64,000 nt of DNA from Octopus vulgaris. Its lineage: Eukaryota. The notes beneath the pieces are model-generated. The model ran no database searches. It was given only the letters and a program-made list of their open reading frames with translations, and had not been told where the DNA came from. Every line of letters begins with the position of its first letter. Within the stretch, counting starts at the first letter, position 1. The DNA is taken from NCBI GenBank assembly GCA_951406725.2, contig OX597827.1, forward strand, positions 26,970,001 to 27,034,000, written 5' to 3'. The translations under genes were made by a program, and so were the position numbers. Of this stretch, positions 41,335 through 55,553 are shown piece by piece.

Positions 41335-41717
41335 TCCTTTACTTGTTGTAGTCTCGCGATACTGCGGCCGTGCTGGGGCACCACCTTGTCAAATGGATAG
41401 GCACCAGTCATTAAAAAAAAGAAAAAGAAACTGCTATTTATTCTATCGGTCTCTTTTGCTGAACAGCAAAGTTACCGTGACGGGATCACATCAACATCGG
41501 TTGTCAAGCAGTGATGAGTGACAAACACAGATACACACATACACACATACACACACACATATACGACGGGCTTCATTCAGTTTCCGTTTACCAAATCTAC
41601 TCACAAGGCTTTGGTCAAGCCGAGGTTATATCACTTGCCCAGTATTCCACCCATTGGGACTGAACTCAAAACCAAGTAGATGGGAAGCAAGCATCTAACT
41701 ACACAGCCACGCATGCG
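41335..41717 (-). mobile_element. SINE family A, diverged
   Basis: Reverse complement of the consensus. Confidence 0.8.
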
Positions 41718-41789
41718 TCCAGTATTAACAAATATCTCACTTACATGCAGTTGTGCACTGGTAGCTGTTTGCTGTTTTAGGGGCCAATG

Positions 41790-41988
41790 CCTACATAGTT
41801 ACCAAGCACAGACACCCGACTTCTCACATATCCGTAGTTGGCTGGCACTCTTTTACTGCTGAACATACTGGGCAGCATAAAATGAAGTGCCTTGTTTTAG
41901 AACACAACGCGCTTCCCGATTCAGGAATTGAACCCACGTCCGTGATATTCAGTCCAATACTCTAAGCACTAAGCCACGTATCTTCAAG
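41790..41988 (-). mobile_element. SINE family C-like fragment
   Basis: gaagtgccttg..gaacacaacgc..ggaattgaacccac..actaagccacg. Confidence 0.6.
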
Positions 41989-42026
41989 ACAACAACAGTA
42001 ACTACAAGCATGATTATTCATATATA

Positions 42027-42237
42027 GGCGCAGGAGTGGCTGTGTGGTAAGTAGCTTGCTTACCAATCACATTGTTCCGAGTTCAGTCCCACTGCGTGGA
42101 ACCTTGGCCAAGGGTCTTCTGCTATAGCCTCGGGCCGACCAAAGCCTTGTGATTGGATTTGGTGGACGGAAACTGAAAGAAGCCTCTCGTATATATATAT
42201 ATATATTTAAATGTATATATATATATATATATACGAC

Positions 42238-42281
<44 letters not shown>

Positions 42282-42565
42282 ATGTATGTATGTATGTATG
42301 TGTGTGTATGTATGTATATATGTATATATGTATGTATGTATGTATGTATGTGCGTGTGTATGTTTGTATGTCTGTTTTGTCCACCAACATCGCTTAACAA
42401 CAGATGCTTATGTCCCGTAACTTAGCGGTTCGCCAAAATGACCGATAGAATAAGCACTAGGGTTACAGAGAACAATTACTGGGGTAGATTTGCTTGACAA
42501 AAGGCAGTGCTTCAGCATGGCCGCAGTCAAATGACTAAAACGTGTGCAAGGATGAAAGAATAAAA
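42027..42565 (+). mobile_element. SINE family A, full length, with an expanded internal microsatellite
   Basis: Consensus head; about 170 bp of internal (TA)/(TATG)n. Confidence 0.9.
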
Positions 42566-42576
42566 CAATATATATA

Positions 42577-42739
42577 CGCTCAGGCGTGGTGGTCAGGAGA
42601 TAAGAAGCTTGCTTCCCAACCACATGGTTCTGGGTTCAATCCCACTGCGTGTCACCTCGGGCAAGTATTTTCTACTACAACCTCGGGCCGGCCAAAGCCG
42701 TGTGAGTGGATGTGGTAGGCGGAAACAAAGAAGCCCGTC

Positions 42740-42785
<46 letters not shown>

Positions 42786-42975
42786 CTTTGTGTCTGTCCT
42801 CCAGTATCGATTGACAACCGGTGTTGGTGTGTTTGAGTCCCTGCAAAAGAGAATGATAGAATATTTACTAGGCTCTAGAAATCCGTACCGGGGGTGGATT
42901 TATCAGACTAAAAATACTTCAAGACGGTACTCCAGCTTGGCCACAATATAATGACTGAAACAAGTGAACGATAGA
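42577..42975 (+). mobile_element. SINE family A (tandem second copy)
   Basis: Head, CORE-like block, (TG)n and tail are present. Confidence 0.85.
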
Positions 42976-43051
42976 ACATACAGGAATGATTCCGTTCTAA
43001 ACGAGCCACTGTTTTCTCGCTCTGACCCTTCCAAACGCTACATCAACGTCC

Positions 43052-43250
43052 GTGGAGACGTAATGGCCCAGTGGTTAGAGCAGCGGACTCGCAGTCGTAA
43101 GAACACGGTTTCGATTCCCAGATCGGGCATTGTGAGTGTTTATTGAGCAAAAACACCCAAGCTCACGACGCTCCGGCGGGGTGGGGGAAGGGTAAACCCC
43201 GCTGTACTCTTTCACCACAACTTTCCCCCACTCTTTCTTCCTACTTCTGC
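43052..43250 (+). mobile_element. SINE family D, 5' part
   Basis: gtaatggcccagtggttagagcagcggactcgcagtcg..ttcgattcccagatc..gctgtactctttcaccacaac. Confidence 0.85.
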
Positions 43251-45107
43251 CACAAAGCAGAGGAACCATGGTGTAACCCACTATGGTGTGGTAAACTTTC
43301 AGACCCTAGTCTAGATCGCGAATCCTCTGTACCCCAGGATGGTTCAGCTTTCCACCCGTTAAAAGCCACCGTTTACGGAATGAAGAAAACAACGTAGCTT
43401 TCGCGCTCGTGCAACCGCCAGTCTATCGCGTGTGGTGGGTGGATCTTCAAGTTGCCACACGCATTCTTAGTAGCTTAGAGTAGGCTCGAATTAGAGATTA
43501 TTCTTTGTGGCTAATGGCGTGAGTCCTGATTGGAAGAAGAAAGAGAAGAAGAAAGAGAAGAAGAAGAAGAAGAAGAAGAAGAAGAAGAAGAAGAAGAAGA
43601 AGAAGAAGAAGAATACTCTTCTCTTGAATAGGTATCCTCAAGAAAACCCAGTGGCTAGCGTGGGCATGACATGAGTCTTGAAGTGGGTTTTGATCGCCTT
43701 GTGCGCTAACTAAATTGGCCATACCCTTCCTTAAACGTGACAAACCTTCAGCAAAGGCTTGCTGGACCCTCAAGTCTTCGGTAAGACATTGAGAAAAAAA
43801 ACTTTCTTTGCCCAGGTTGTTGTTGTTTTTATTTAACCTCCCTAAGTGCACCAATGTACAAATATTTATACAGAACATCAAACTGCATCAATCTCTCACC
43901 TGTCTTGAAAGGATCCGTAAAAGCTATAAATGGACATTCCTCACACCACCTCACCACCATCACTACCAGTTTATAACGACAACAACAACAACAACAACAA
44001 AGCCACCACCACCACCACCACCACCACCACCGACAACAACAACAGCGTTATATTGAAATTATATAGCACATAATTTGAATAAAGATTATTGAAGCTACAC
44101 ATTGAAAACCAGAATTATAGAATTTTATTATAGAAATACAGCAAGAAGGAGAAGGAGGAGGCGAAGGAGGGGGAGGAGGAGGAGGAGAAGGAGAAGAAGA
44201 AGAAGAAGAAGAAGAAGAAGAAGAAGAAGAAGAAGAAGAAGAAAGAAGTGGATCATTAGAACAGCAGTTTTTACTATCATTTCTGCTGACGAAACTGGTT
44301 CTAAATATTGCATGGAATGAAATATTGATCATAGCACAGCATTATCGTTATTCTTTTTCTCTTTTCGTTTAATAATAATGATGATGATGATGATGATGGC
44401 CATTATTATTGTTGCTGTTTGGTTGTAACAGATTTCAGTCGGTTTATTTTATGGCCTTTTTCACATCTTTCCGCGTCCTCCATCATCAACATCATCATCA
44501 TCATCATCGTGAGTGTCGTCTCGTCGTCGTCGTCATTGCTGTTGTTATTCTTGTCGTTATTGATCACATTGTTTGTGTTTTTTTCTTTTTTTTGTGTTTT
44601 GTTTTTGCAGTTGTTCTATTTATTTTGTTGTTGTTCTTTGTAAATGGCCAACTATTGCGATTGTGAATCACCAATCGTTTTGTTTCTATTATTACTTCAG
44701 TATGAAGGGCGGTGACGGAGTATTGAGAAAATCGGTAGAGAATCGGTCGAAATGCTTTTCCCCCTCCCCCCTTTCTCCCCCTTCCCCCCTCTTTTATTGT
44801 TTTTTTCTTGCACTTCGCTCTTGTAGTATTGTACTTTTCATTATTTCCAGGGTCGATATAAAAACAAAAAGCACTCGTGGAGATCTTGGGTAGATTTGAT
44901 ATCGACTAAAACCTACCCGTAACTCACCCGTAAGTGTATGAACTTGTACTTTTGTTAGAAACGGTTACCAGTGCATGTGAAGACAATCGGATGCGTGGGG
45001 ATGGTGGAAAGAGATGGAATAGTTGCAGAGAACAAAATATATTCCGTCAATTCGTTATGAAAATATGGCGACCAGCGGGCAGAATCGTCGGCGCATCGGA
45101 CGAAATG

Positions 45108-45383
45108 CTCCTTTTGCCGAACCGCTAAGCTGCAGGGGATCGAAACACCAACACCGGTTGTCAAGCGGTGGTGGCAGACAGTCACAGACACAAAGACTCG
45201 CACCCACATATACCCATACGACAGGCTTCTTTACAGTTTCCGTCGATCAAATCTACTCACAAGGTTTTGGTCGGCCCAAGGCTATAGTAGAAATAACTTG
45301 CCCAAGATTCCATGCTGTGGGACTGAACTTGAAACCATGTGGTTGGAAGGCAAGCTTCATACCACACAGCCACGCCTACGCCT
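45108..45383 (-). mobile_element. SINE family A, partial, joined to a family B head at 45065-45107
   Basis: ggcagaatcgtc..gaaatgct runs directly into cttttgccgaaccgctaag. Confidence 0.75.
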
Positions 45384-45464
45384 ATAGACATTTTCATACA
45401 TATGGACAATTACATACGCAAGCACATGTATGTATGAGCACATACATATACACACATCCATGCG

Positions 45465-45850
45465 CATGTGGGTGTGGCTGTGTGGTAAGTAATTTTCTTC
45501 CTAACCAAATGGTTCCAGGTTCAGTCCCGGAGCAAGTATCTTCTGGTAGAACTCCGGGACGACCAAAGGCTTGTGAGTGGATTTGGTAGAAGGAAACTGA
45601 AAGAAGTCTATCATCGACATATGTGTGCATGTCTTTGAGTTTGACTCCCTCGCCACTACCACCACCATCCATTGACAAACGGTGTTGACTTTTGTACGTT
45701 TCCGTAACCTAGCGGTTCGATAAAAGACAATGATAGAATAAGTTCCAAACTTTAAATATATAATGAAGCTGATTTTTTCGACTAAGATCCTACAAGGCGG
45801 TGTCCCAGCATGGCCGCAGTCCAATAACTGAAACGAATATAAGATAAATA
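45465..45850 (+). mobile_element. SINE family A
   Basis: Consensus blocks present. Confidence 0.82.
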
Positions 45851-46187
45851 CATAATACATACGTATATATACATAATGTGTTGTTTCCAGGAGTTGGTTC
45901 CAAAATGTTACATCCTGTCCATGGGGTTAGGAGTGGAACAATGAAAGCCATAGTACCACGTGACATTCTTTCTTTCTTTCTTTCTTTCTTTTTTGCTAGT
46001 TGATTCTGAATAATGGCAAAATGATACACAAGATGGCGAGTTACTAAAACGTGAAATAGAGTGCCTTGTGGTATTCGTCCCGCTTCTCTGTGCTCTAAGT
46101 TCAATATGCGCCGAGGTCAATTCAGCATTTCATCTCTTTCAGTGGGTAGATCAATGAAATATGGTATCGATCCGTTATTGGGTTCAA

Positions 46188-46317
46188 TTCTTCTTCTTCT
46201 TCTTCTTCTTCTTCTTCTTCTTCTTCTTCTTCTTCTTCTTCTTCTTCTTCTTCTTCTTCTTCTTCTTCTTCTTCTTCTTCTTCTTCTTCTTCTTCTTCTT
46301 CTTCTTCTTCTTCTTCT
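46188..46317. repeat. (CTT)n microsatellite
   Basis: Direct reading; it produces the poly-L/F/R ORFs. Confidence 0.97.
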
Positions 46318-47051
46318 CCTTATTTTACATCTCCTCGTCCTTCTCAAAGAAATCGGTTCTCTTCCGGATTGTACAAGGATAGGCTCCACCCTGTCTAATA
46401 TACCCAAGGAACATTGTAATTCCCATGGCGACCTAAGTCTCCGTCAGAAATGGAGGGGCCAAATAAGAAATAATGGAACACCTTAACAGAATAATTCGTG
46501 AAAAAACAATGAAAGAATTTGTACCACGTGACATCAATTTTCTGGCTGCTTCATTAGAAGACTGAATACCACATCCTGACAGAGAGGTTAGATGTGGAAC
46601 AATGAATGCATTGGTGCCACGCCAATATCCACAAAGCAGTTTATAGACGTTTCTTTTTCAGAAGAAAGTTAACACAGACACGCATGCGTGCACATACACA
46701 CACACATTTATATATCCTTTGATCATATTTATCTGAAAAAAAGTATTGAGGTTGATTCATTCGACTAGAAGTTCTTCAAAATGGTGACCCGGCATAGCCA
46801 CGGTCCAGACACTGGAACAAGTAAAAGATTATACACACTCACACACATAAACACACACGCATGCATACACGCATGCGCGGCTCCTTGGGCTAATTGATTT
46901 TCGTATATTGGTTGGAAAGGGATGGTGAAGGGGAGCGGTGAGTGTGTTTGCTCGTCAGCATGAATTTGTTTATTTGTGAGTTTGTGTATGTGTGTATTTC
47001 TATATATATGTGTATCATCAGACAGACAGACACACAGATAGATACATAGAT

Positions 47052-47390
47052 ATGTTTCTTTATTAGCCACGTAGGGCAGCACACAGACGGGACAGATTAC
47101 AAAGCAGAGCTTTTCTTTTGGGGGAGAAAAAAAGTGGGGAAGGTTTTCAATCAAAAGGGATCGTAAAGTGAAAAAAAGAATAAACAAAAAGACAAAAACA
47201 AAAAAAAAACGATCAATAGGGATCGTGTATCACAGAAATGTCATGATGTAAAGTGTAAAGGGGAAGCAGATAAGGTTTATCCGTGGAAAGAAAAGCCTAC
47301 AGAAAAGACCACGGTAACCTCGGTCAATAATATCACATGTTGACACATTTGTTTGCAAGTAACCTTCTGTTTTAAATTTTTCCGGGTTCA
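47052..47390 (-). mobile_element. LINE-like 3' UTR (possibly L1/Tx1 type) between (AGAT)n tracts
   Basis: Minus strand ends ..tgtaatctgtcccgtctgtgtgctgccctacgtggctaataaagaaac; pyrimidine-rich UTR-like body. Confidence 0.5.
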
Positions 47391-47403
47391 TAGGATCATG
47401 CTC

Positions 47404-47516
<113 letters not shown>

Positions 47517-47859
47517 GGATAGATAGATGTGTGTGTGTGTGTGTGTGTTAATATTTCGCTCAGGCATAGTAATACTAATAACCTGAACTAAATGTACTAT
47601 ACTTCTGCTCAAAGCCGATTTTGCCGAGTTTAAAGTAGTAATAAGGAATTAAATAAATGACAAAATATTAAACAATTATATCATAAAACTTATTGGCTTA
47701 CATATGTTTTTGCTATTAGGTGCAATACCCCCACAAAATACACAGATTTGAGTGAATCTCTCTGCCATTGAAGACGACGTACAAATGCTCAGTTTTTCCT
47801 GAGCGTTCTGCACAAATGATCTGTTTGTAGCGACCAAATGTATGTGCTGTACGTATTCT

Positions 47860-48257
47860 TTTCTACTGTAGGAACATGGCCCGAAATTTTTACGGAGTGG
47901 AGGAGCCAGTCGATTAGATTGACCCAAGTACGCAACTGGTACTTAATTTATCAACTCCGAAAGGATGAAAGGCAAAGTCGACCTCAGTGGAATTTGAACT
48001 CAGAACGTAACAGTAGACAAAATACCTATTTCTTTACTACTCACAAGGGGCTAAACACAGAGAGGACAAACAAGGACAGACAAACGGATTAAGTCGATTA
48101 CATCGACCCCAGTGCGTAACTGGTACTTATTTAATGGACCCCGAAAAGATGAAAGGCAAAGTCGACCTCGGAGGAATTTGAACTCAGAACGTAAGAGTAA
48201 ACGAAATACCGCTACGCTTTCGCCTGGCGTGCTAACGTTTCTGCCAGTTCGCCGCCA
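47860..48257 (-). mobile_element. SINE family B, dimeric form
   Basis: Two Meta-like blocks joined at gtaaagaaataggtattt. Confidence 0.85.
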
Positions 48258-48289
48258 TGAGGATGTAATATATTATCTCATTCTTTCCG

Positions 48290-48471
48290 TCAAATCGACG
48301 TTGCCTTTATAGGTGCGCAGTGTGTCACCCGTCAGATGTCGAAATGATCGCAGAGTGACGTGGGATGAAGTGCCTTGCTCAAGAACACAATGCAGCATCC
48401 GGTCTGGGGATCGAAAACACAATCGAGCTATCGTGAGTGCAAAACCCAAAGCACTACGCCATGCGCATTCA
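48290..48471 (-). mobile_element. SINE family C-like fragment
   Basis: gaagtgccttgctcaagaacacaatgcagc..ggatcgaaa..cactacgccatgcgc. Confidence 0.7.
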
Positions 48472-48573
48472 CATAGACACAGACACACATACACACACAA
48501 ACACTCACTTGCACGTGTGCACAAATATATACACATAATCATATATACTACATACGCATGCGCACACATATGA

Positions 48574-48620
<47 letters not shown>

Positions 48621-48811
48621 GCGATGCTCTAGCATGACCGCAGTCAAATAACTGAAACAAGTAAAAGAATACACACAATCCAAAGTACTTATATATGTGT
48701 GTGTGTATGTGTGTATCTTTGTATATACATGTACACACACGCAGTCATATATAGTTATGTATTTATATAGATATATACACAATCAAACATATGTACTTTT
48801 ATATATATATA

Positions 48812-48867
<56 letters not shown>

Positions 48868-49631
48868 TATAATACATATGCGTATACACACACACACACG
48901 CATATATACGTACGTACCCGTTATACATATTCAACACAATATGCATATATGTATGAACGTATGTATGTTTCTAAAGCTCTATGCATATGTATATGTTTGT
49001 GTATGTGCGTGTGTATACATATGTGTGTGCATGTGTGCGTGTATGTGTGTGTGTGTATGCGTGTTGTTGTCCCAGTTGCTGGCATTTTTGCTGGGAGATG
49101 CTTATTAAGTAGTTTTGTGTGTTAGCCACGGATGATTGATTTTATATGTAAATAATATTATTAATATTAATACTAACAATAACAACAATTGCTATTACGT
49201 GTTTGTATATGTTTTTGTATTGATTTTTATGTTGTTCTCTTTTATACGTATTTTTATAGTATTTTTTGTTCTGTTTTGTTTTTGACCGAGACATTTTGTC
49301 GCCTAATCTGGTTTCCCAAACAGTTCCAGATTAGCCACAATTATATCTATGTTGTCTCACTTGAATGTAAGCATGCTCTCGGGGCATTCCAGTAGAGCAT
49401 GTTCTTGGTCATGTTACTCTTGTTATGGTTGTTGTTGTTGTTGTTGTTAGTAATAGTGTTACTGGTGGTGGTGTTGATGGTGGTGGTAGTGGTGGTGTTA
49501 TTGTAGCTGTTTAATCCCCCGGTCTACCTTTTATCCTGTCTGATCCTGCAGATATAATAACTGTAATAGTAATTATAATAATAATAATAATGATGATAAT
49601 AATAATAATAATAATAGTAATTATAATAATA

Positions 49632-49689
<58 letters not shown>

Positions 49690-49959
49690 TAGTAGTAATA
49701 ATAATAATTACAATTATTATTATTGATGCTGTTGTTATAGTTATTGCTATTATAGAAATAGTAATAAGATAAACATAAATATTGATATATATTCATATAT
49801 ATGTGTGTGTATCTATCTTCCTATTTACTTCTCCCTCTTCCTCTCTATGTATGTATGTATTTATGTATGTATATATGTATGTATGTATATGTATGTATAT
49901 ATGTATGTATGTTTGCATGCATGTATGTATATATATATATATATGAATATATATTAATA

Positions 49960-50004
<45 letters not shown>

Positions 50005-50339
50005 GCATAAACACACACACACACACACACTCTTGTATGGATGTATAATATATAAATATATATATTGTGTGTATGTGTGTGTGTGTGCATCATACCGAAC
50101 ATTCCCGTGGTGGCCATCTTGTTTTTGCTTTGGTTCTCAAATATGCCGTGTAATTCTGTCTACATTATTTGATATATCCCTCTTGATATATATTTTTTAG
50201 ACAGTAGTTTGTGATACATTTCTGGCAACCCGACCGACTATGTAGAAGGGATCACACAGTTTCATTTTGTGCCATTGCACTGTGACCATAACCGTTCTTT
50301 CGTGATCATCTGTTATTTATTTTCAATGTTGCTACATAT

Positions 50340-50565
50340 GAAACATCTGTATCGTATTATGCAGACAAGAAAGTAACATTACCGACGCAGCATCGCCGTG
50401 AAAACAGCAAAAAAAAAAAAGGGGTATTAATACCCCTTCAAGACGGAAAACAGTTATCCGGTCTTGCAAGGGTATTATACCCAATTTTTCTGCTGTTCTC
50501 ACGGCAATATTGCGTTCGAAATGTTATTTCTTGTCTTGTATAACACAATACACATCAGACGCTTC
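50340..50565. mobile_element. Palindromic fold-back MITE-like element
   Basis: Imperfect arms of about 105 bp around aaacagtta near 50448-50456. Confidence 0.7.
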
Positions 50566-50606
50566 TAAAAAACAAAAATAATAAAGAAACAAGTATAAGT
50601 TTGTTT

Positions 50607-50832
50607 ACTCTTTACTCTTTTACTTGGTTCAGTCATGTGACTGTGGCCATAGTGGAGCACCGCCTTTAGTCGAGCAAATCGACCCCAGAATTTATTCTTT
50701 GTAAGCCAAGTACTTATTCTATAGGTCTCTTTTGCCGAACCACTAAGTTACGGGGACGTAAACACACCAGCATCGGTTGTGAAGCGGTGTTGGGGAACAA
50801 GCACAGACACATAAATATATACACACACATAC

Positions 50833-50870
<38 letters not shown>

Positions 50871-50871
50871 C

Positions 50872-50914
<43 letters not shown>

Positions 50915-51033
50915 GACGGGCTTCTTTCAGTTTCCGTCTACCAAATCACAAAGCAAGCTGTCACGCAATGGGACGGAACCGGAACCATGAGGTTGGTAAG
51001 CAAGCTACTTACCACACAGCCACTCCTGCACCT
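50607..51033 (-). mobile_element. SINE family A with an internal deletion
   Basis: Reverse complement of the consensus. Confidence 0.88.
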
Positions 51034-51218
51034 ATGTCAGTTTGGTTATATATATGTTGTTGCATCGGTAACTACTTTATATTTTCGTTCTTGTTTTTGT
51101 TGTTGTTGATTTTGTTCGAAAGGAATGAATGAGTTGATTTGAGGGAGATGTATGTTTCTACTTTTAGATAGTCGACATTTTAGACAATCACTAGCTCAAC
51201 CAAATCTAGTTGCAATTA

Positions 51219-51432
51219 CAGTAATCCCTCAACTATCGCAGGTGTTGCGTTCCAAAACCTCCCACTGGAATAAGTAAAATCTGGGAAAAAAATAATAAAT
51301 GAATACCTATCGGCTGCAGAAACCCACGATCCACTAAGGAGTCCGCGATATAAATTTACATATATTAGCCAGAAAAATCCGCGATGTACTGAGTGCGCGA
51401 TAGGTGAACCGCGATATAGCGAGGGATTATTG
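51219..51432. mobile_element. Tc1/pogo (Tigger-like) MITE
   Basis: TA|cagtaatccctc..tatcgc ... gcgata..gagggattattg|TA. Confidence 0.8.
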
Positions 51433-51472
51433 TATATACATTTTCTCTTTCTCCCATTCTTTCCCTCTCTCA

Positions 51473-51509
<37 letters not shown>

Positions 51510-52660
51510 ACACACACACACACACACACACACCTAGACTTCTTGTGTTGGGGCCTTACTGTAGAGTCGCATGCAGTGACTGATGTTAGGGGAGATAAAT
51601 CATAGTGTTGTCTGTGCTAACAGTATTTCTTTTAGAATATACTGATTTGATCCCACACGAGACACACTTGGTGTGTATGTATGTTTGTGTATGCGTGTGT
51701 ATCAATCAGTATCTGTCTTCCTCTCTGTCTCTTTTTCCCTCTCCCTCTCTCTCCCTCTTCCATTCTCTCTCTACATACACATATACATGTATAGGCGACC
51801 AGTTCCAATGCAATCTGTCACGTGGGGTCTTTAAGCGGCATTTGAACATTCATAACAAACGAGCGCAAAATGGGAGTCAAATCTGTTGTGAATGTGATCC
51901 GCTCTTCAAGCAACTTTCAGGACATAAAAAAACAAAAGGATCATTTAAGATTTTAAGCGAATAAAGGAGAATTACAGGTACAAGAAATAGTCAAGCACTT
52001 CAAGGAGCAAATACACACGGACACACATACACACACACACACACACACACAGAGCGCGCGCGCACATACACATACACATATGGACGCATACAGACACACA
52101 TACACATGCGCGCGCACGCCACACGCGCGCGCGCATACGAACGCACACACACACACACACACACACACGGACACACATACGTGTACATGCAATTTTGATT
52201 GAGTGTATATGGCTTTAAGTAGTGAAATTCAGATCTATCTTGGTACCACCATCAAGAAACTAAGAGTTATGATGGTGACCACTGAAGCCTAAGAATAGAA
52301 TATTGCAAATCGTAAGATTAAAACAACTACTCTTATTAAAAATGAAAACTTCGCGTCAAAAACAGATTCGCGTTGTGCGAAGCTAATTAGAGGATACATT
52401 AATAACAACAAACTGCCAACACCGTTCCTAAACATTGTTAGTGGTCAAACTCAGACTCGGATTTCCCTTGAAAAGGGTAGAAGCCGAAATATATATTTTT
52501 ATAAGCATATAGAGGAAAATGTAAAACTTTTCTGTTTTTTCGTCTTTTATTTTGTCAATGTTACTTCCAGCATATATTGTGGCGACATTCTACGACATAC
52601 ACTCGCATATACATACATACATACATACATAAATACATACATACATATATACATATATAC

Positions 52661-52704
<44 letters not shown>

Positions 52705-52740
52705 GCACACATATATATATATAGATATACACGCACACAT

Positions 52741-52781
<41 letters not shown>

Positions 52782-52868
52782 CACACACATTGATATACAT
52801 GTAAGTAACACAGGCCATATATACGTAAATAATATCCATATGCAAATACATATATATAAATAAGTATG

Positions 52869-52924
<56 letters not shown>

Positions 52925-53166
52925 CACTCACACATATACATATATATCTGTCGGGCGTCATACTGGCGACTTTTATTATTCTGTCTAATTCTTTCGTTCA
53001 TACACGAACACATACAAACAAACATACAAACATACACAGAGATGATCTATGCATACGATACGATTCTGAATATATTTGTTCTCTATCTCTATACGTATGA
53101 GTATGTGTGTTTGAATGAAGGGTTAGATATACGGATGGATGGTGAGTTACACAGACCGATAATTAA

Positions 53167-53254
<88 letters not shown>

Positions 53255-53414
53255 GCAATCATATCTATCATATCTACGTATGTACAAATATTCAATAAGC
53301 TTACACTATAACACACAAACACAAACCACGACATTTATATTTCTTTCTGTAAGCTACACGTAAAGGATTCGCACATGCGTACTTACTTCACTGTTCGAAC
53401 ACTTACACAAACAC

Positions 53415-53475
<61 letters not shown>

Positions 53476-53551
53476 ATATATATATGTGCATCACACGCGC
53501 ACACACACACACACACGCACACACACAGATATAAATATATATATGTATTAA

Positions 53552-53623
<72 letters not shown>

Positions 53624-54178
53624 GTTGTGATGTACAAAAATAAATTGTCTAAACAGATTGGCTTGACCTCTCCTCGTAGTTGCTTGGTAGCAAGTTGTAG
53701 TGAGTGAAACCAATTCTGATTCGCCTGGATTTCAGCCAAACAGAATCCTTCACAGCCAAACATCGAATATTACAGATCAATTGTGTGTGTTCATCTTTAT
53801 ATGTGTATGTGTGTGTGTGTGTGTGTGAGAGAGAGATAGGCGATGGACTGGATGTATGTGTTTATGTCCGTGTTAAGGATGTGTCTAAGTATCGGTGGAA
53901 GTGTATATCTCTGCGCTTATGTTAACATGCATATCTGTACGCACGTATGTATGCATGTTTGTAAGAAGACATGCGCGCGCACGCACACACACACACACAC
54001 ACACATACACATATGGGTGTGTATGTGTATGTGTGCATGCGTATGCGTGTTTGTATGTGCTGTCGTACATGTGTGTTGACGTAGTATCGCTTGTTTCTCG
54101 ATACGCGTGCAAATCTTGCTCCAGCATGGCTGCTGTTCAATGGCTGAAACAAGTAAAAGACAAACGATTAAAGTATAC

Positions 54179-54209
<31 letters not shown>

Positions 54210-54261
54210 ATATATATGCATGCACAAATACACACGCGCACGGATATATGTTTATATACAT

Positions 54262-54307
<46 letters not shown>

Positions 54308-54343
54308 GCATATATATATATATATTTATATATACATACATGC

Positions 54344-54374
<31 letters not shown>

Positions 54375-55146
54375 CACACGCATAGATATGCATGTATGCA
54401 CACTCACAGATGCAACAACCGCACACATGTATATATATATATATATATATATATATGGATAGCTGCATGTATATAAGTATGTATCAAACCAATACTATCC
54501 ATGTAGGAAAACTAGTGAATGCCTCCCAGACTAAGTACTAAATCTATAACATTAATTATTAAATATAAAATGTAAATGATCTCCAATTCATTATAAAAAT
54601 GCTAATTTGATAGCTGTTTAGTCACTGGATAATTCAACAAATGGCTAATAATTCTGTTGTTAGGCAGGCGCATGTTTCGCGTATCTATAAGGTTCATTGT
54701 TCATTTGTAAGCGACTAATCCCACCTGTTGAGACACAAAATACATTAAATGTAGTGGAATAAAAGCAGAAAACTTTTTACCTTTTCCCTAAATGTCATTT
54801 TTTAATAGTGTGTTAGTAGTATGCGTCGTTGTTTGTCATATTGCATGTGTTTACGCATAATGATGGGGCAAGATGTGAACTTCTTGTGACTATATGATAT
54901 TCTAACTGTGTGTGTGTACCTGCGTATAAATACATATATGTGTGTGTATAAATGCATTTATGTGTGTGTATATAAATGCATATGTATGTGTGTGTATAAA
55001 TGCATATATGTGTATGTGTGTGTGTGTATGCTTGGGGGACATACGTGCATAGGTATCTATGTATCTATCGGTGTGTGTATTGAAATAGATGTATATGAAT
55101 GTATGTATATCTATACATACACGTGTGTGTATATGCATATATATGT

Positions 55147-55215
<69 letters not shown>

Positions 55216-55496
55216 GATATATACATATTTATGCATATACGCACGCAAATATATATGTATGCATAAATATGTATACACATATACACACACGCGCGTGTGT
55301 GTGTGTTATATTATATATGCATGTTCCTATGCGTATATGCGTATTCATTCTTTAGTCTCAAACTACTTAAACAAATTGTGAAGCAATTGTTACCATTTTT
55401 TCAAATTTCATTTTAATGCCTGGTGCCTACCCTGAGTATCTCTTCAAAGCACGTGCTTAGAATACATGCGCGTGCTTGAGAACGTAGCTGGGTGGC

Positions 55497-55553
<57 letters not shown>

